Below are positions 1 to 13,145 of a stretch of 48,716 nt of DNA, piece by piece. The DNA is from Octopus bimaculoides. Taxonomy: Eukaryota. The stretch's first letter is position 1. The number at the start of each line of letters is the position of its first letter. A program made the translations under genes and the position numbers. The stretch lies in the NCBI RefSeq assembly GCF_001194135.2, contig NC_068993.1, forward strand, positions 22,590,241 to 22,638,956, in the 5' to 3' direction. A model generated the notes under the pieces. It had not been told where the DNA came from. It worked only from the letters and a program-made list of their open reading frames with translations, and ran no database searches.

Positions 1-59
1 TATGACGATTTAAAAGCAGCCCTAGCAACGTAAGCAGAGTGTATGTGCTCTGTTTTATA

Positions 60-520
60 CGCCGAGTTTGCTGCTAATTAGGGGTATTTATGAGGTCATC
101 GTATACCTATGGCATGTCTCCGAATTGAGACGTCGACAAAAGTTTAGTCATACTATTGAACACAGAAACACTGGAAGAAGGGCTCTTTACAAACATAAAC
201 TAGTGAACTGCATATTTTGATGATATACTGGTAATCTGGCAGAGCTGGAAATACACTTCGCACTTTGTCGTAAATGCATTTCTAATCGTAAATGCATTTC
301 TCTACTCAAGGGGACTTGATGCTAACTTGTTTAACATATAACACTTCAACACTAAGACTCCGTATATTGTAATAAGATAAATGCTATCTAATCATGGTTC
401 TGCTCTTGTCTCCCTTATTACAGAAGAAATACTGAAATTGTTGACTGTCAACTTAAAAGTTGATAGCCGTTTGGTTATCAGCCAAGTCCTCAAGCAACCT
501 ACAACTTAACACCCTAAAAG
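60..520 (+). mobile_element. Highly degenerate Penelope-like reverse transcriptase remnant
   Basis: Manual translation across stops gives RIPMAC...TLEEGLFTNI**TAYFDDILVIW, resembling the PLE RT order G(I/V)PMG...RYVDDIF(V/I)W. No intact ORF. Confidence 0.35.
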
Positions 521-668
521 TAAATATGCCTCGAGAATTAAAGACACATAATACAAGTATCAGGTTAAATTCTAGGTAATTAAGTAATTGATTCTAAGTA
601 ATCAAGTAACTGATTAAAAGTACATGAATGCAAGTTCAGTATGGTCACAATTCAATGAGAGAAACTAG

Positions 669-699
<31 letters not shown>

Positions 700-1039
700 A
701 ATAAACACACATACACACACACAAATCCACACGTGTGTGTATATGTGTGTATATATACGCACATATACATACCAATAGAGTTGTATATACGTGTATGTAG
801 CTGTTTGCTAAATAATTTGAAACAGAGAACTTCGAACAACTCTACAGGATTTAACAATTTTGTTTTCAAAATTTTGTCAACGTTCACAAAAATGAAAGAG
901 ATTAATAACAACTGCGCAAACTATTGTCGGAGAATCTGACAGTTGTAATTAAAAGAAAAAATAGTTAATACAGCTTTAGAATAAAGATAAAGATGTTGGG
1001 CTGTCACTATCATTCTTTATTTTGTCCTCTCTATTTCTC

Positions 1040-1111
1040 TCGCTCTGTAAATACATACAAATCTATCTATCTATCTATGTCTGTATTTATGTCACTCTCT
1101 CTCTCAATGTA

Positions 1112-1183
<72 letters not shown>

Positions 1184-1315
1184 NNNNNNNNNNNNNNNNN
1201 NNNNNNNNNNNNNNNNNNNNNNNNNNNNNNNNNNNNNNNNNNNNNNNNNNNNNNNNNNNNNNNNNNNNNNNNNNNNNNNNNNNNTAGATAGATAGATAGA
1301 TAGATAGATAGATAC
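1040..1315. repeat. Compound (TCTA)/(CT)n/(AT)n/(GATA)n microsatellite around an assembly gap
   Basis: Visible directly in the sequence on both sides of an N-run. Confidence 0.9.
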
Positions 1316-1617
1316 GAGATAGATATTGTTGTATCTAACAAGAGTCCTTATGTCAATGTTAATAACATACGCTCTCCTTCATTATTAGTCAATCCGTCAA
1401 ATATCCAAATCGATTGTTTGTTTAATTTGGTTACACAATAAGTCGTTTGTTTTGTTTTTGCTTGTTTTCTTGTCAAAAATCTCTCGTTGTTATTTGCATC
1501 CTTTTCATAGAGAATCATACAAACCAGATAAAAAAAAAAGATGTCAAAAGATAGAAATCTAGATATTGATGTTTTAGGCGCTGCTGTGAGGTTCAGTACC
1601 AATATGTGGTAACTAGG

Positions 1618-1846
1618 GCTTATGAGTGGAGTTGGTAGAAGGAAACTGCGAGGTTGTGATTGTCCCCAGAGCTACTTGACAACCGATGTTGACTTGTCTA
1701 CCTCCCTGTAAAGAAGCGGTTCTGTAAACAAGACCAATTGAATAATTTAACAGACTTGAAAAGATAATTTCTTGGGGCGATATGTTGGACTAAATCCGTG
1801 ATGGTGGTGCCCTAGCATGGCCGTAGTTCAATGATTTAAACAAGTA
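1618..1846 (+). mobile_element. SINE family B, 3' portion
   Basis: gagtggagttggtagaaggaaactg and the tail ggtgccctagcatggccgtagttcaatgatttaaacaagtaa match, in reverse complement, the copies at 14036-14450 and 18812-19120. Confidence 0.65.
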
Positions 1847-2106
1847 ATATATATATATATAATTAAATAGGTAAAGAAAGTTATGGCCAGTCTGTGGGGT
1901 TACTCAGGGTCACAGGTCCATAAAGCGCTTTGGTCTCTAAACTGATGATGTAGGCTAATTTCGTCCAATGTTAACTTCATCCATTTCATCCAATGTTAAC
2001 TTCATTCAATGTTAACTTCAAATTGTGATATACTAAACTTACCAACCTCAGTTCAATGTGGACAAAGAACAGAACGCAAGGTTAATTGTTGAACACGAGC
2101 AAAAGG

Positions 2107-2332
2107 TTACATGTAAGGGATTGTCTCCCTTAGACCGCTATCTGCAATCGGCTTCGTGAAGTGTAAGCTGTGTCTGAAGACTTTCATCCGGGAATTTAAG
2201 ATGTTTTCCGCGTCGCAGGAGTTCTTCAATATTCTCTCCCGTTCAGCGACGCACAGCATGCAACGCTCTCTCCCGGGAGTTACAACAACCAGTTAACCCT
2301 TCTCCCTTGCGCGCGTTTTCAACAACTAACCA
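2107..2332 (-). mobile_element. Penelope-like element, C-terminal end of the GIY-YIG region
   Basis: Minus strand reads TPGRERCMLCVAERERILKNSCDAENILNSRMKVFRH. This matches the PLE tail pattern CxLCxxE..IL...LNSR. Confidence 0.6.
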
Positions 2333-2619
2333 CGATGGAGCTAATAATATAAATATCTCTATACATAAAAATTCATCATCTGAAATTTTCAACCATTTGC
2401 TTCCTCACGTTTTGCATATTGTGTATTTGATGTCTAATATACTTGATATATTTGATATGTCTAACTTGTCTTATCCGCTTAATTGCCTTTATACCCGCTA
2501 ACTTGATCCTTATCTTGCGGAATGACCACCTGTAAAGGCATCGGAATCTAATCTTTCGAGCGCTACTAAGTGACTTCTATACGGAGAATCTTTGGATTTC
2601 ATATGTGAACTATATATAT

Positions 2620-2687
<68 letters not shown>

Positions 2688-2694
2688 GAAAATA

Positions 2695-3615
2695 CGAGAT
2701 AGTATCAAAACGTTCCCGGACTAGTTATAGTTAATAAAAAATAACTTGTTTGCCTATGTTTTAACACCGCCTCCTTCGAAATAGCTGGAACTGGTGTATT
2801 GCTGCGCAATACACCGGTCCCAGCGTTCATGGAATCAGGTCCCAGCGTTCATGGAATCAGGTCTGGAAGTCGTTTTCCGTAAGCGAATTGAAGACATTCT
2901 GTGATTCATTCAGGATCCCGACAAGTTAAAACAGTGACCTTTGAGCTGCATTTTCATCTTGGGAAAGAGATGGAAGTCCGCAGGTCCTAAATGTGGCGAA
3001 TAGGGAGAATGCAGAAGTGATACCGAAAAACGCACGAGTGAAGAGAGGTTGGTTTGGTAACAGGGTGCATTGTCGTCGTGAAGAATCTAATTCTTCGCAC
3101 TCCACAGATGCAGTGGCATTCACTGAATGTACTCCCCCAATACTCCCTCAAACGCTTTAAGACATCGTAGGAGAATTCTCGATTGACGGGCTGGCCCTAG
3201 GGGACGAATTGCGACATTTCCGGGGGTGACTCATGTGGCAAGTCTTCCATATTGCTCATCGTTTTCCAAAGAGGTTCTTCGGCCTTTGAAGCACCCGTGT
3301 TACACAAAACATTGCGTACGACCCATTGTATTGTCGCCATAAGGTTGCCGTAGTCTGCTCGATGTCTCTGTAGCAGACGTCTTTAGTTTAACGCTAAATT
3401 TCACGTTGGCTTTTTGTTCTTGTTCATGACAAAATCACAGACTACAGCATACATGTGATCACAAAAAGACAAATTTCACAACTTGTGAAGTAAACACAGC
3501 GATGTCACTCGGCACACCACGTCATGAAGGTTACTGCTAGCTCTGATTGCGTATGAAACCGTGTGCTGCCGTCTGTTGGTGCACTACAGTCCTAGAACTT
3601 TTTGATACCACCTCG
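2695..3615 (-). mobile_element. Internally deleted mariner transposon with both TIRs and TA target sites
   Basis: Left end TA|cgagatagtatcaaaacgttcccggact and right end agtcctagaactttttgataccacctcg|TA are imperfect inverted repeats. Minus-strand fragments read EQKANVKFSVKLKTSATET, FKGRRTSLENDEQYGR, LHDDNA and HSPYSPHLGPADFHLFPKMK (the YSPDLAP motif). The DDE core is deleted. Confidence 0.9.
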
Positions 3616-3814
3616 TACATGAATATATGTAATATATATTTACTCGCTATTATTTACACATATACCTACTTCGATTTCCACTGTATAAGTCACTATTATT
3701 GTATAGATCACTTTTTCCGAACTGCCAATTTACGGGGACATAAACACACCAGCACCGGCTGTCAAGTTGTGTTGAGAGACAAACACAAACACACATGCAC
3801 CCATATGTATATAT

Positions 3815-3962
3815 AAAGGGTTTATTTCAGTTTCCGTCTTCTAATCTACTTACATATTTGGTTAGTTAGAGTTTATTGCAGAAGATACTTGCGCTAGGTG
3901 GCATTCAGTGTGAGTGAACCCAGAGCCATATGGTTGGGAAGCAAGCTTTTTACCACTCAGAC

Positions 3963-3968
<6 letters not shown>
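3815..3968 (-). mobile_element. SINE family B, 5' portion (tRNA-like head)
   Basis: Homologous to 14320-14450 and 19040-19120 (gaacccagagccatatggttgggaagcaagctttttaccac). Confidence 0.7.
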
Positions 3969-4089
<121 letters not shown>

Positions 4090-4458
4090 TCCCATAAATA
4101 ATGCGGTTTTTTCAATTGCATGAACTAAAAGTCGGAGGGGAACGAGATAAACTACCTGCATCAACTTGCTATAAAAGCAGCTAGGAATTTTACCTTGTCT
4201 TTATTTTTTGTGCAATTTTTGAAGCGTGCAGTTCAATTTTAAAAGTTTTTTTTTCAAAGCTGTAATGGAAGTGACAAAGGTGCATATTCGTCACAGACAA
4301 GTGAATTTTGAAAACGGTGCCCTGTAAGTCTACCAGATAGATGGAAGGGCATTGTAGAAAATGAAGGAGAGTATATTTTAGCTTATAAAAGACCTTTGTT
4401 AATCTTAATTTTGAAAAATAAGTGTTAAAAAAACCGCATTATTTATGGAATGGCCCAA
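4090..4458 (+). mobile_element. MITE-like deletion derivative of a second mariner family
   Basis: The inverted ends are ccataaataatgcggtttttt (4092-4112) and aaaaaaccgcattatttatggaatggcccaa|TA. The interior keeps the transposase start MEVTKVHIRH joined to its end SLPDRWKGIVENEGEYILAY*. Confidence 0.85.
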
Positions 4459-5846
4459 TATATGTAAATATATGTGTATGTGTGGATATATATGCATGTT
4501 TGTGTATAAATGAGCGTATATATAGATATATTTTCCCCCCTTCTAGTCACTTTCTCTTGGACACATATATATTTATCATGTCGAAGGAAATATGGTTCGA
4601 AGGAAAAATGGCTTCATAGTATTATTTCGTTTCTACATCATTAACTGCTTACGTGAGGTCTATCCTAAACCAATCAGCATTAATGATCAACGCTGCGAGT
4701 TCTTTTCTCTAAACACCAATTTCATACCGTCATTCGTTTAACTTCTCTGAGGGGTAAGTGTATTCCATGCATACCTATGTCAGAGGAATCATAATAACTA
4801 TTTGGTTGCGGAACCGTATATTTTCTGCTTATGTCTCAGTAATTACAGGAATTTTGAAAATTATACCATTTCAGCTATGTATTTCCGTGCGAGCTGGACA
4901 TATGCGCACGTGCGCACACACACGCGTGCACACACACACACAAACACTCGCGCGCTAGCAAAGATTCTTATTTCGCTTTGGTATAATGATACTGGTGTAA
5001 GAACCCAGTGTACTTCAGAAAAAAAAGACGTCAGTCGAGTACAGAGAAGTAATAAGAAATTAAATAAATGACAAGGGAATAAGAAATTATGACATGAACT
5101 TCATTAGGTTACAGTTGTTTCTGCTATAAGATGCAATGCAGTCATATTAAAGTGATTGTGTATCACCTTATAGCTTCATATACAAGTGTGTCACATCTCA
5201 TTGCAGAAACAGCTGTAAGGTAACGAAGTTCATTACACAATTTATTTCCTTGTCCTTTATTTAGTTTCTTATATTGTCTTATATTATACATTATATAAAT
5301 ACAAGCATATGCTTATACATATGTGTCTATGTATATCTGTATACACACACATACATATCTATGTGTGTGTATGTGTGTGTGTGTGTGTATGTGTGTGTGT
5401 ATGTGTTTGTGTATGTATGTGTTTGTGTGTGTGTATGTGTTTGTGTGTGTGTGTCGTGTGTTTTTGTGTGCATGCATATATATTCATGCATATGAGTGTA
5501 TAATGGCGCACGCATAAATATCTCGTTAAAAGGACTGCTTAATATTTTACATCATGTCTGCATCTCGACGTGCTGCTGGCTGTTTGGGATATATTATTAC
5601 ACCAAATCAATATTTTGAGAGAAGGGCAAGCATGGATTTTTATGTCCTCAATACAACATACACACACACACACATACACACACAAACATACACACACATA
5701 CACACAAAAATATATTTCATTTTTGTATTTTGTTTGCAAGATTACTTATGTGAATTCGTGTGTTGAAGCATATTTTATTGTGTCTGGGGAGAGTCATTGT
5801 GTGTTAATGTCTTATTAATTAACACACTCACCGGTTCGATTTCCAC

Positions 5847-5991
5847 TCATTTACTTATTTATTTAAAAAAAAATTTCCATTGTTTTTTGCAACCTCTTCA
5901 ACAATCGTTGAGTATATCCGTTATCAGAGCTGGGTCCCTTTTGATTTTTTTTGTACGCATGTGTGCTTCAGTGTGCATGTATATACACATA
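5847..5991 (+). repeat. Left arm of a diverged ~145-bp inverted repeat (partner at 7491-7635)
   Basis: tcatttacttattt...ttgcaacctcttcaacaatcgttgagtatatccgttatcagagctgggt...gtgtgcatgt aligns to the reverse complement of 7491-7635. Confidence 0.8.
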
Positions 5992-6311
5992 TGTATGTAT
6001 GAATGTATGTATCTATGTTTGTGTGTATCTATGCATTAATGCATATATATATGTATGCATGTGTGAACGCTTGTATGTATGTAATCAGCCTATTCATGTG
6101 TGTGTGTTCGTGTTTGTGTTTGTATGTATGTGTGTGTTTGTGTGTACTTGTGTTTTTGTATGTGTGTCTGTACCTTTATCCTGTGTGTGCATGTTTCAGT
6201 GTGTCTATATGTATATATTTGTGTGAATATGTACGGGTGTCTCTTATGTATGAATGCGTGCTTCCATATGTGTGTGTGTGTGTGTGTGTGTGAACTGTGC
6301 GTATGTGTATA

Positions 6312-6525
6312 TTTTTTTCTATTCTAGGCACAAGGCCCGAAAGTTTTAGGGAGGGGGCCAGTCGATTAGATAACCCCAGTACCCATGTGGTACTTAATTT
6401 ATCGACCCAGAGAGGATGAAAGGCAAAGTCGACATCGGTGGAATTTGAACTCAGAACGTAAAGGCAGACGAAATACCGCGAAGCATTTCGCCCGGCGTGC
6501 TAACGATTCTGCCAGCTCGCCGCCT
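6312..6525 (-). mobile_element. SINE family A, near full length
   Basis: Sense strand begins aggcggcgagctggcagaatcgttagc (A-box-like) and contains gagttcaaattcc (B-box-like) and the central gcctttcatcc...gtcgataaattaagtacc domain. Confidence 0.85.
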
Positions 6526-7490
6526 AGTGCGTGTGTGTGTACATTGCTATGTGTTCTCAGTCTTCTTTCGTGTATGTATGTATGTATGTATGGATGTATG
6601 CATGCATGCATGCATGTGTGTGTGTTTGTGTGTGCTTGTCTGTACGTATTGCTTATGTACCTATCTATCTACATATCTGTTTAGTTACATATCGATTTAC
6701 CAACTTATATATATACATACGTCTACATAACATCCTACTAACAAATCTACCTCTGTGTGTATAAACTGTGGGTATTAGGGTATTACTCNNNNNNNNNNNN
6801 NNNNNNNNNNNNNNNNNNNNNNNNNNNNNNNNNNNNNNNNNNNNNNNNNNNNNNNNNNNNNNNNNNNNNNNNNNNNNNNNNNNNNNNNNNNNNNNNNNNN
6901 NNNNNNNNNNNNNNNNNNNNNNNNNNNNNNNNNNNNNNNNNNNNNNNNNNNNNNNNNNNNNNNNNNNNNNNNNNNNNNNNNNNNNNNNNNNNNNNNNNNN
7001 NNNNNNNNNNNNNNNNNNNNNNNNNNNNNNNNNNNNNNNNNNNNNNNNNNNNNNNNNNNNNNNNNNNNNNNNNNNNNNNNNNNNNNNNNNNNNNNNNNNN
7101 NNNNNNNNNNNNNNNNNNNNNNNNNNNNNNNNNNNNNNNNNNNNNNNNNNNNNNNNNNNNNNNNNNNNNNNNNNNNNNNNNNNNNNNNNNNNNNNNNNNN
7201 NNNNNNNNNNNNNNNNNNNNNNNNNNNNNNNNNNNNNNNNNNNNNNNNNNNNNNNNNNNNNNNNNNNNNNNNNNNNNNNNNNNNNNNNNNNNNNNNNNNN
7301 NNNNNNNNNNNNNNNNNNNNNNNNNNNNNNNNNNNNNNNNNNNNNNNNNNNNNNNNNNNNNNNNNNNNNNNNNNNNNNNNNNNNNNNNNNNNNNNNNNNN
7401 NNNNNNNNNNNNNNNNNNNNNNNNNNNNNNNNNNNNNNNNNNNNNNNNNNNNNNNNNNNNNNNNNNNNNNTATATATATATATATATATA

Positions 7491-7635
7491 TATGTGGATA
7501 CACATGCACACTGACGCACACACATGCGCACAAACAAACAAAAAGAACCCAGCTCCGATAACGGACAGCGTCAACGACTGTTGAAGAGGTTGCAAGATGC
7601 AACGAAAATTTTAGAAAAAAGAAATAAGTAAATGA
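7491..7635 (-). repeat. Right arm of the ~145-bp inverted repeat (partner at 5847-5991)
   Basis: Reverse-complement similarity to 5847-5991. Confidence 0.8.
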
Positions 7636-7740
7636 CCTAGGTAAGCTTTTAACTCAGAATATTAAAAGTCAGAACAAATAATCCGTTCCTTTGCAGGCAC
7701 AACGTCTGAACATTTGTGCCGTGTTTGGGAAAGCTGATAG

Positions 7741-7843
7741 CATCGAACCCAGTTCTAAACTGGCACTTATTTGATCAAATCCGAAATGATGAAAGGCAAA
7801 GTCGACCACGGCATAATTTGAATCCATAACATAAAGACGGGAC
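7741..7843 (-). mobile_element. SINE family A fragment
   Basis: gatgaaaggcaaagtcgaccacggcataatttgaa matches the core of 6312-6525. Confidence 0.7.
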
Positions 7844-8849
7844 ATTATGTCCTTAACCAGACCTCATAATGATAATACGATTGATTTAAGCAAAGAACCG
7901 GCATTTCTGAAGAGGAAGGCATTAATTGGTCCCAGGAATAAAATGATAAAAGGCGCGTGCTTTCGATAATAATTTGTAGTAAAATACCGGCAATTTGTAA
8001 GGATCTCTTAACACTTGAAATTCACTCTCATTTCACTGACAATGATAGTTTTTAAGTGTCATGATTAAAACTTGGCATTACATGACAAAATACTGCTATG
8101 ACAGAACTTTGGATACTTTAGAGACAAGACCAAAAACAAAAATAAAACTTGATTGAAGAGATAGCGCCAAGAAAATTAGATTGTAGCGATAGAGAAGTTT
8201 GAAAATTTATAGTTCAAGTTTAAACCAAATAACCGTGACTTACGTTATTGTGAAACGATTGAGACCGTATCTCTAAACTTTAATTGTTTGGTGCAATGTT
8301 CGAATACACCATACGAAATAGACCGCCAGAAACCAGAAAGAGCGAAATGCTTAAGTCTTGGCAGCCTAATAACTCAGCTGAATTACAATTAGAAAATGCC
8401 ATGGTAGGAGTAAATGAGTTTTTCATATAAAATAGGATTGATATTATGGAGATAATTAGATTTTTTAGAAGGGTTTTTAACATTATCCTCTGATTAAATA
8501 TTAGCATTGATCAATATCGAACCATGGAAGTTTCTCATTGCAGTCTTTGACGCTTTCACTGCAGAACATATTGATTGTGAGAGAGACTGATTCATTCTGA
8601 GCACGTAATTTATTGATATTTTATTTCGTGAAGCCAGCAATGAATTACCCTATTCAGCTAATTAAAATTTGTTCTTGGATTTCACAATGTCTTAAGACAA
8701 TAATCCATCAATACTTGAGAATTTTGAAAATTTAGAAATAATAATTGTTGCCATTTTTTTTGGTAAAAAGAAAAAAAAATGGCAACAGTTTGCTGAATTA
8801 AGAAAACATACGATACAATTTGACTTCCTTAATGTAATCTATTTAAGCG

Positions 8850-9750
8850 AAGTGATTTGTTTCCCTAATACAATAATTTTGATTTGGAAAATCTAATAAA
8901 TTCTGATTTCTGGTGATTAAGCTTAGGAAAACTAACTACGCTGGCATCTTCTCGTCTTAAAGAAATAATATATAGAAATGAGAAGGTTGGCTAAAAAAAG
9001 GCTTCTTAGAAAACCAAATTTCAAGAAGATATACACTGTTCTGCAATAAATTTTAAATATTTGGTCCCATAATGGGGCCTTGCTGCATACTTCATCTATC
9101 TTTCAATGAAAATAATATACCTCTTAATCAGTTGTTTTGGTATCTTATAGATAAAGAATAAAACTATTTCAAAGTAGAATCACCGATGCCCATATTTATG
9201 GAGGATATTCATTCGGATTTCACGGCCCGCATTATCAAATACAAAAGAATCACAGATACGAATATATCTATGGAAGATATCTATCTAATCAAAATTCTTG
9301 GTCCACTGCATCAATTCAGCAATGGGATATGCAATAATCACGGCAATGTTGTAAACTTTTCCATATACAATCCAAGATGGTGAATATAATAATCAACATT
9401 ACTTCATTAAGATTTACTCGTTTATTTTCATATTCTAAAACTAACTTGAAATTTTTAAAAATCATATAATCAAGTGGCAGTTTTTCACCGATGGTCTTGA
9501 ATTATTGCTTATTCTACTATAATTTTCCGGTGTCTATTCACAGACATCTACATCTGAAATGTTCGGCGCAATATAGCTGGCTGTCTTTCTTTCCCCTCTT
9601 CCTCTTTCTCCTTTTGGTGTTCACATTAATTCTGATTTTGCATATTGAAAACCGTTCGCGTTCTTCACCCAGTGAGTATGCCTTCCTCATTTTTCATAAA
9701 ACTATGTCTTTTTATCATTACAACCATGGTTCAAATATCTTAGAAGTTCT
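8850..9750 (-). mobile_element. Very old non-LTR retrotransposon RT remnant (clade not assignable)
   Basis: Motif relics appear in RT order across frameshifts: GKKDSQLYCAEHF, FVFDNAGREIRMNILHKYG, MQQGPIMGPNI*NLL (the QG..LGP motif) and KLNHQKSEFIRF. Confidence 0.4.
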
Positions 9751-11675
9751 CAAACATCAGTTGTAAAAACAGCTAATGTCTTTGGGATTTTCGTAGCTCA
9801 CCCAAGTTTTGCCCGCATATAATGCTGATTGTATTGTATAGGTGGACTTTGACGACATTGTCCTATCTGTTCGTTAATCATATTGTTAAATACGCTTGAT
9901 ATATTCTAGGGGTCTAATAGAGAGCGTCACTGAGCTGACAATGGTATATTCACACTTTTGCTATAAGCGAGAAGTTTTTCATCTGCATTAGACTGCAGTG
10001 AAATTGCCTTTAGAAGTTAGAATATGTCAGAAACATATTTGAACTAACCTAAACTTTGATATAATCTCTTAAAAATGCTACCGTTAAACATGGCTGGCAC
10101 ATAATGGACTTGAGGTGGATGAACAAAGACACAGATTTTTTTTATCAGCTGTTGCGTCAAGTACTAAAATCAACTGCATTAATAGCCACAAGAAAGACAT
10201 TTTGTACAACGAGACTCAGTTTCCATAAATGTGGTGAATAAGTATCAAATTTTCTCGTAAAAGTTCCTCCTATAATATGGAATAATTTTCCAAGAGTGAA
10301 TTACTATCTCATCCAAAATAGAAACTTGGTATCTAGTTTAAAAGGTTTTATATGAACTAATGTAGGTGGTAGACGGATTAATTTGTACATCGCATAAACC
10401 TCAATTATCCTTGCTGCTAAGTGTTGCCTCCACGTCACTACCTGTAATAATTTCTAGCATTAGCACCACCACTACCTCCCCAACAACCATAACAATAACC
10501 ACCACTGAAGACCATTATTCTCATCAACAATAATGTCACCAGCACCACCATTCTATGTCTCACCAGTATCACCACCACCAACCAAATGTCATCATATCAA
10601 TCACGGACTGTACCAACCAAAAAGATCGTGTGTAGGTAGAATCGAATTTCAGAAGCTTTATGAAACAAGCTCAGCAGACATATGTCCTATCCCAATATTC
10701 ATGAACTTCTAAGTTGTAGGCCTTGTTTACTTATTCCACTTACATCATTCACGTTACACTGTTAATTTCATGTTAACACGCGACTGATGACAAATTCTAA
10801 TTGCTAGTGACATGTTACCTCTAAAGGGATCTTGTTACCATACATTTTCATCCCACCTTGTCCTACCCCGTTTCTTGATTCTCTCACATTTCTACGTAAC
10901 TACATAGCCATAGAAAACTGTCAACCTCCAAAATTACCTCTCACTCTCTCATAAATCTTCTCCTTCTGCTAATTTCACAGTTTATCATTTTCTATAAAGT
11001 GTTTCCATTTCTCTTCATCCACATGGATTCTATTTTAACTGTATTTCTAACTGTCTATCTCTATACGGTTATGATGACATTGGTAATAGTGATGGTGTTG
11101 ATGGTGGCAATGATGATGATTGGGGCGGGGTTATTGGTGGTGATGACAATAGTTGCTCTCTGGAAGTGATGGTATTTATGGTGGTGATGAGGGTTGTTTA
11201 GTGGGAGGTGGGTGACAATGATAATGAGCTGAAAGCATTAAAGGTGACAGTAGTGCAGATGGTGATGGTTTGTGGCTATGGTTGCAGCGCTATTTGTGGT
11301 GACTCTTATGTAAAAGGTGATAATGACCTCTACTGGAGTCAGTTCTTCTGAGGATGAAGTCGTTATAAATGTATGATGGTACTTGGGTTGAAATAGTAAT
11401 GTTGCTGAAGGAGGAGGTGTTGTTGTGGTGATGTGACGATAATGCTTTTGAAAGTGATGAGTTTTGTTAGCTGTTGTGAATATGAATATAGTGGTCTCAA
11501 AAATATGATACTACTGTGTTATAATAGTAATGTTGTTAAAGATGATAACAATGGTGGTGTTGTGAGTTTAATGCAGTTGTAGGTAGTAAGACTAGTAGAA
11601 TCAGAAGTCTTTCCACCCTTTGGATGAAATTTATGTATATCGGCCGTAGAGTTGATATATATGTTTGATGTTATC

Positions 11676-11709
<34 letters not shown>

Positions 11710-11722
11710 TGTGTGTGAGAGA

Positions 11723-11761
<39 letters not shown>

Positions 11762-12024
11762 TTTCTGTCTGTGTAAGTACATATGTTTGTGTTCATTGCT
11801 ATGTTTTCAAATATGATGGTATATGTATATGTGTATGTATGTTTGTAATTTGATATCTATGTCTAGTACTTTTGAGTCTGTTTATACGCTTTGTATATTG
11901 GCAGATGTTTCTTTATTTTCTTGTCTCTACTCATATCCGTCTGTCTGCGCTTTTGAAGGTGTGTACAAATTAACGATGAAGATGTTGATTTATATAGTTG
12001 TTTGTATGTTTTAACCTGTGTATA

Positions 12025-12108
<84 letters not shown>

Positions 12109-12109
12109 G

Positions 12110-12204
<95 letters not shown>

Positions 12205-12205
12205 G

Positions 12206-12276
<71 letters not shown>

Positions 12277-12277
12277 G
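12025..12277. repeat. (TATC)n tetranucleotide microsatellite, about 250 bp
   Basis: Visible directly. It is the source of the IYLS-repeat ORFs. Confidence 0.95.
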
Positions 12278-13145
12278 TCTTTCTGTATGCCTGCCCGCTT
12301 CTCTGCCTGTCCTTCTGCCTGCCTCTGTCTATCTATGTGTGCGTCATTCTCTCAGCTTATATCTGTTTGTGTGTGTTTCACTGATGGTTCGGACACGACT
12401 GTCAATCATATAAACCCCGGAAGAGTCCTTCCCTGCTTACTATGCGTGTGGATGTCAAAATCAGTAGAGCGGTAGACGACGAATCACTTTTTTACTATTT
12501 GGCCCTGATCCACGTTGTCTTTCATCACTCTCAAAGTAACAAATTACGAACTTACTGATACGTTAAGTATTGTAGTCGAGAGAAGCAAACGTAAATTAGA
12601 AAACGTTGTCACAGCATGGCCTCAGCGACTGTTACTAGCAACCAAGAATACAAATTTTACGAGGCCGGAAATACTGATTCATATTCTCTAAATATTTCTT
12701 TTGAATGGTACTGTATAAGCGGTAGGATGTCGAACAAAAACCCTGTATAATTGCAGAATGTCACATTCTGAGTTCAAATGTTGACAAGGACAGCATTACC
12801 TTTATTTTATACAGCATCAGTTAAGAAGAGGGTTCAATAAAATCACCTGTTCTATAAAATCGTCTTTCCCCTACTTCCTATTTCTGACCTTCTGCTTATA
12901 TCAGCAGTCAATATCCTTTGATCGTTCATAAATTGTTTAATCTAATGTAATCTGAAGTGAACCATTAGAGTGTCTGATTGAACAATTAGTGTTTTGCGAC
13001 GACAAAACACAACATATGACTCTCGACAAAAAGTTGTCACATATATTTGGTGTATAAACAGAATAATGGACAACAATTAAAGGATTAGTTCCGTTGTCAA
13101 TACCTGTGCAAGTATAAAGGCGTCGAACTGGGAGAATCATGACTG

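Noticed and set aside
1880-1909. Hammerhead-like relic (cctgagta...ggccataac, minus strand) downstream of the PLE fragment
   Set aside because: Both conserved core motifs (CUGANGA and GAAA) are mismatched, so it cannot be supported.
6665-7602. Long ORFs (up to 328 aa) here and at 15855-16483, 29885-30986, 31442-32159 and 39966-40462
   Set aside because: They stay open only because N-runs contain no stop codons, and the flanks are microsatellite translations.
11998-12413. Repeat-peptide ORFs (IYLS, HTHT, CVCV, poly-I/M/L/T) throughout the window
   Set aside because: These are translations of simple sequence repeats with no coding signal.
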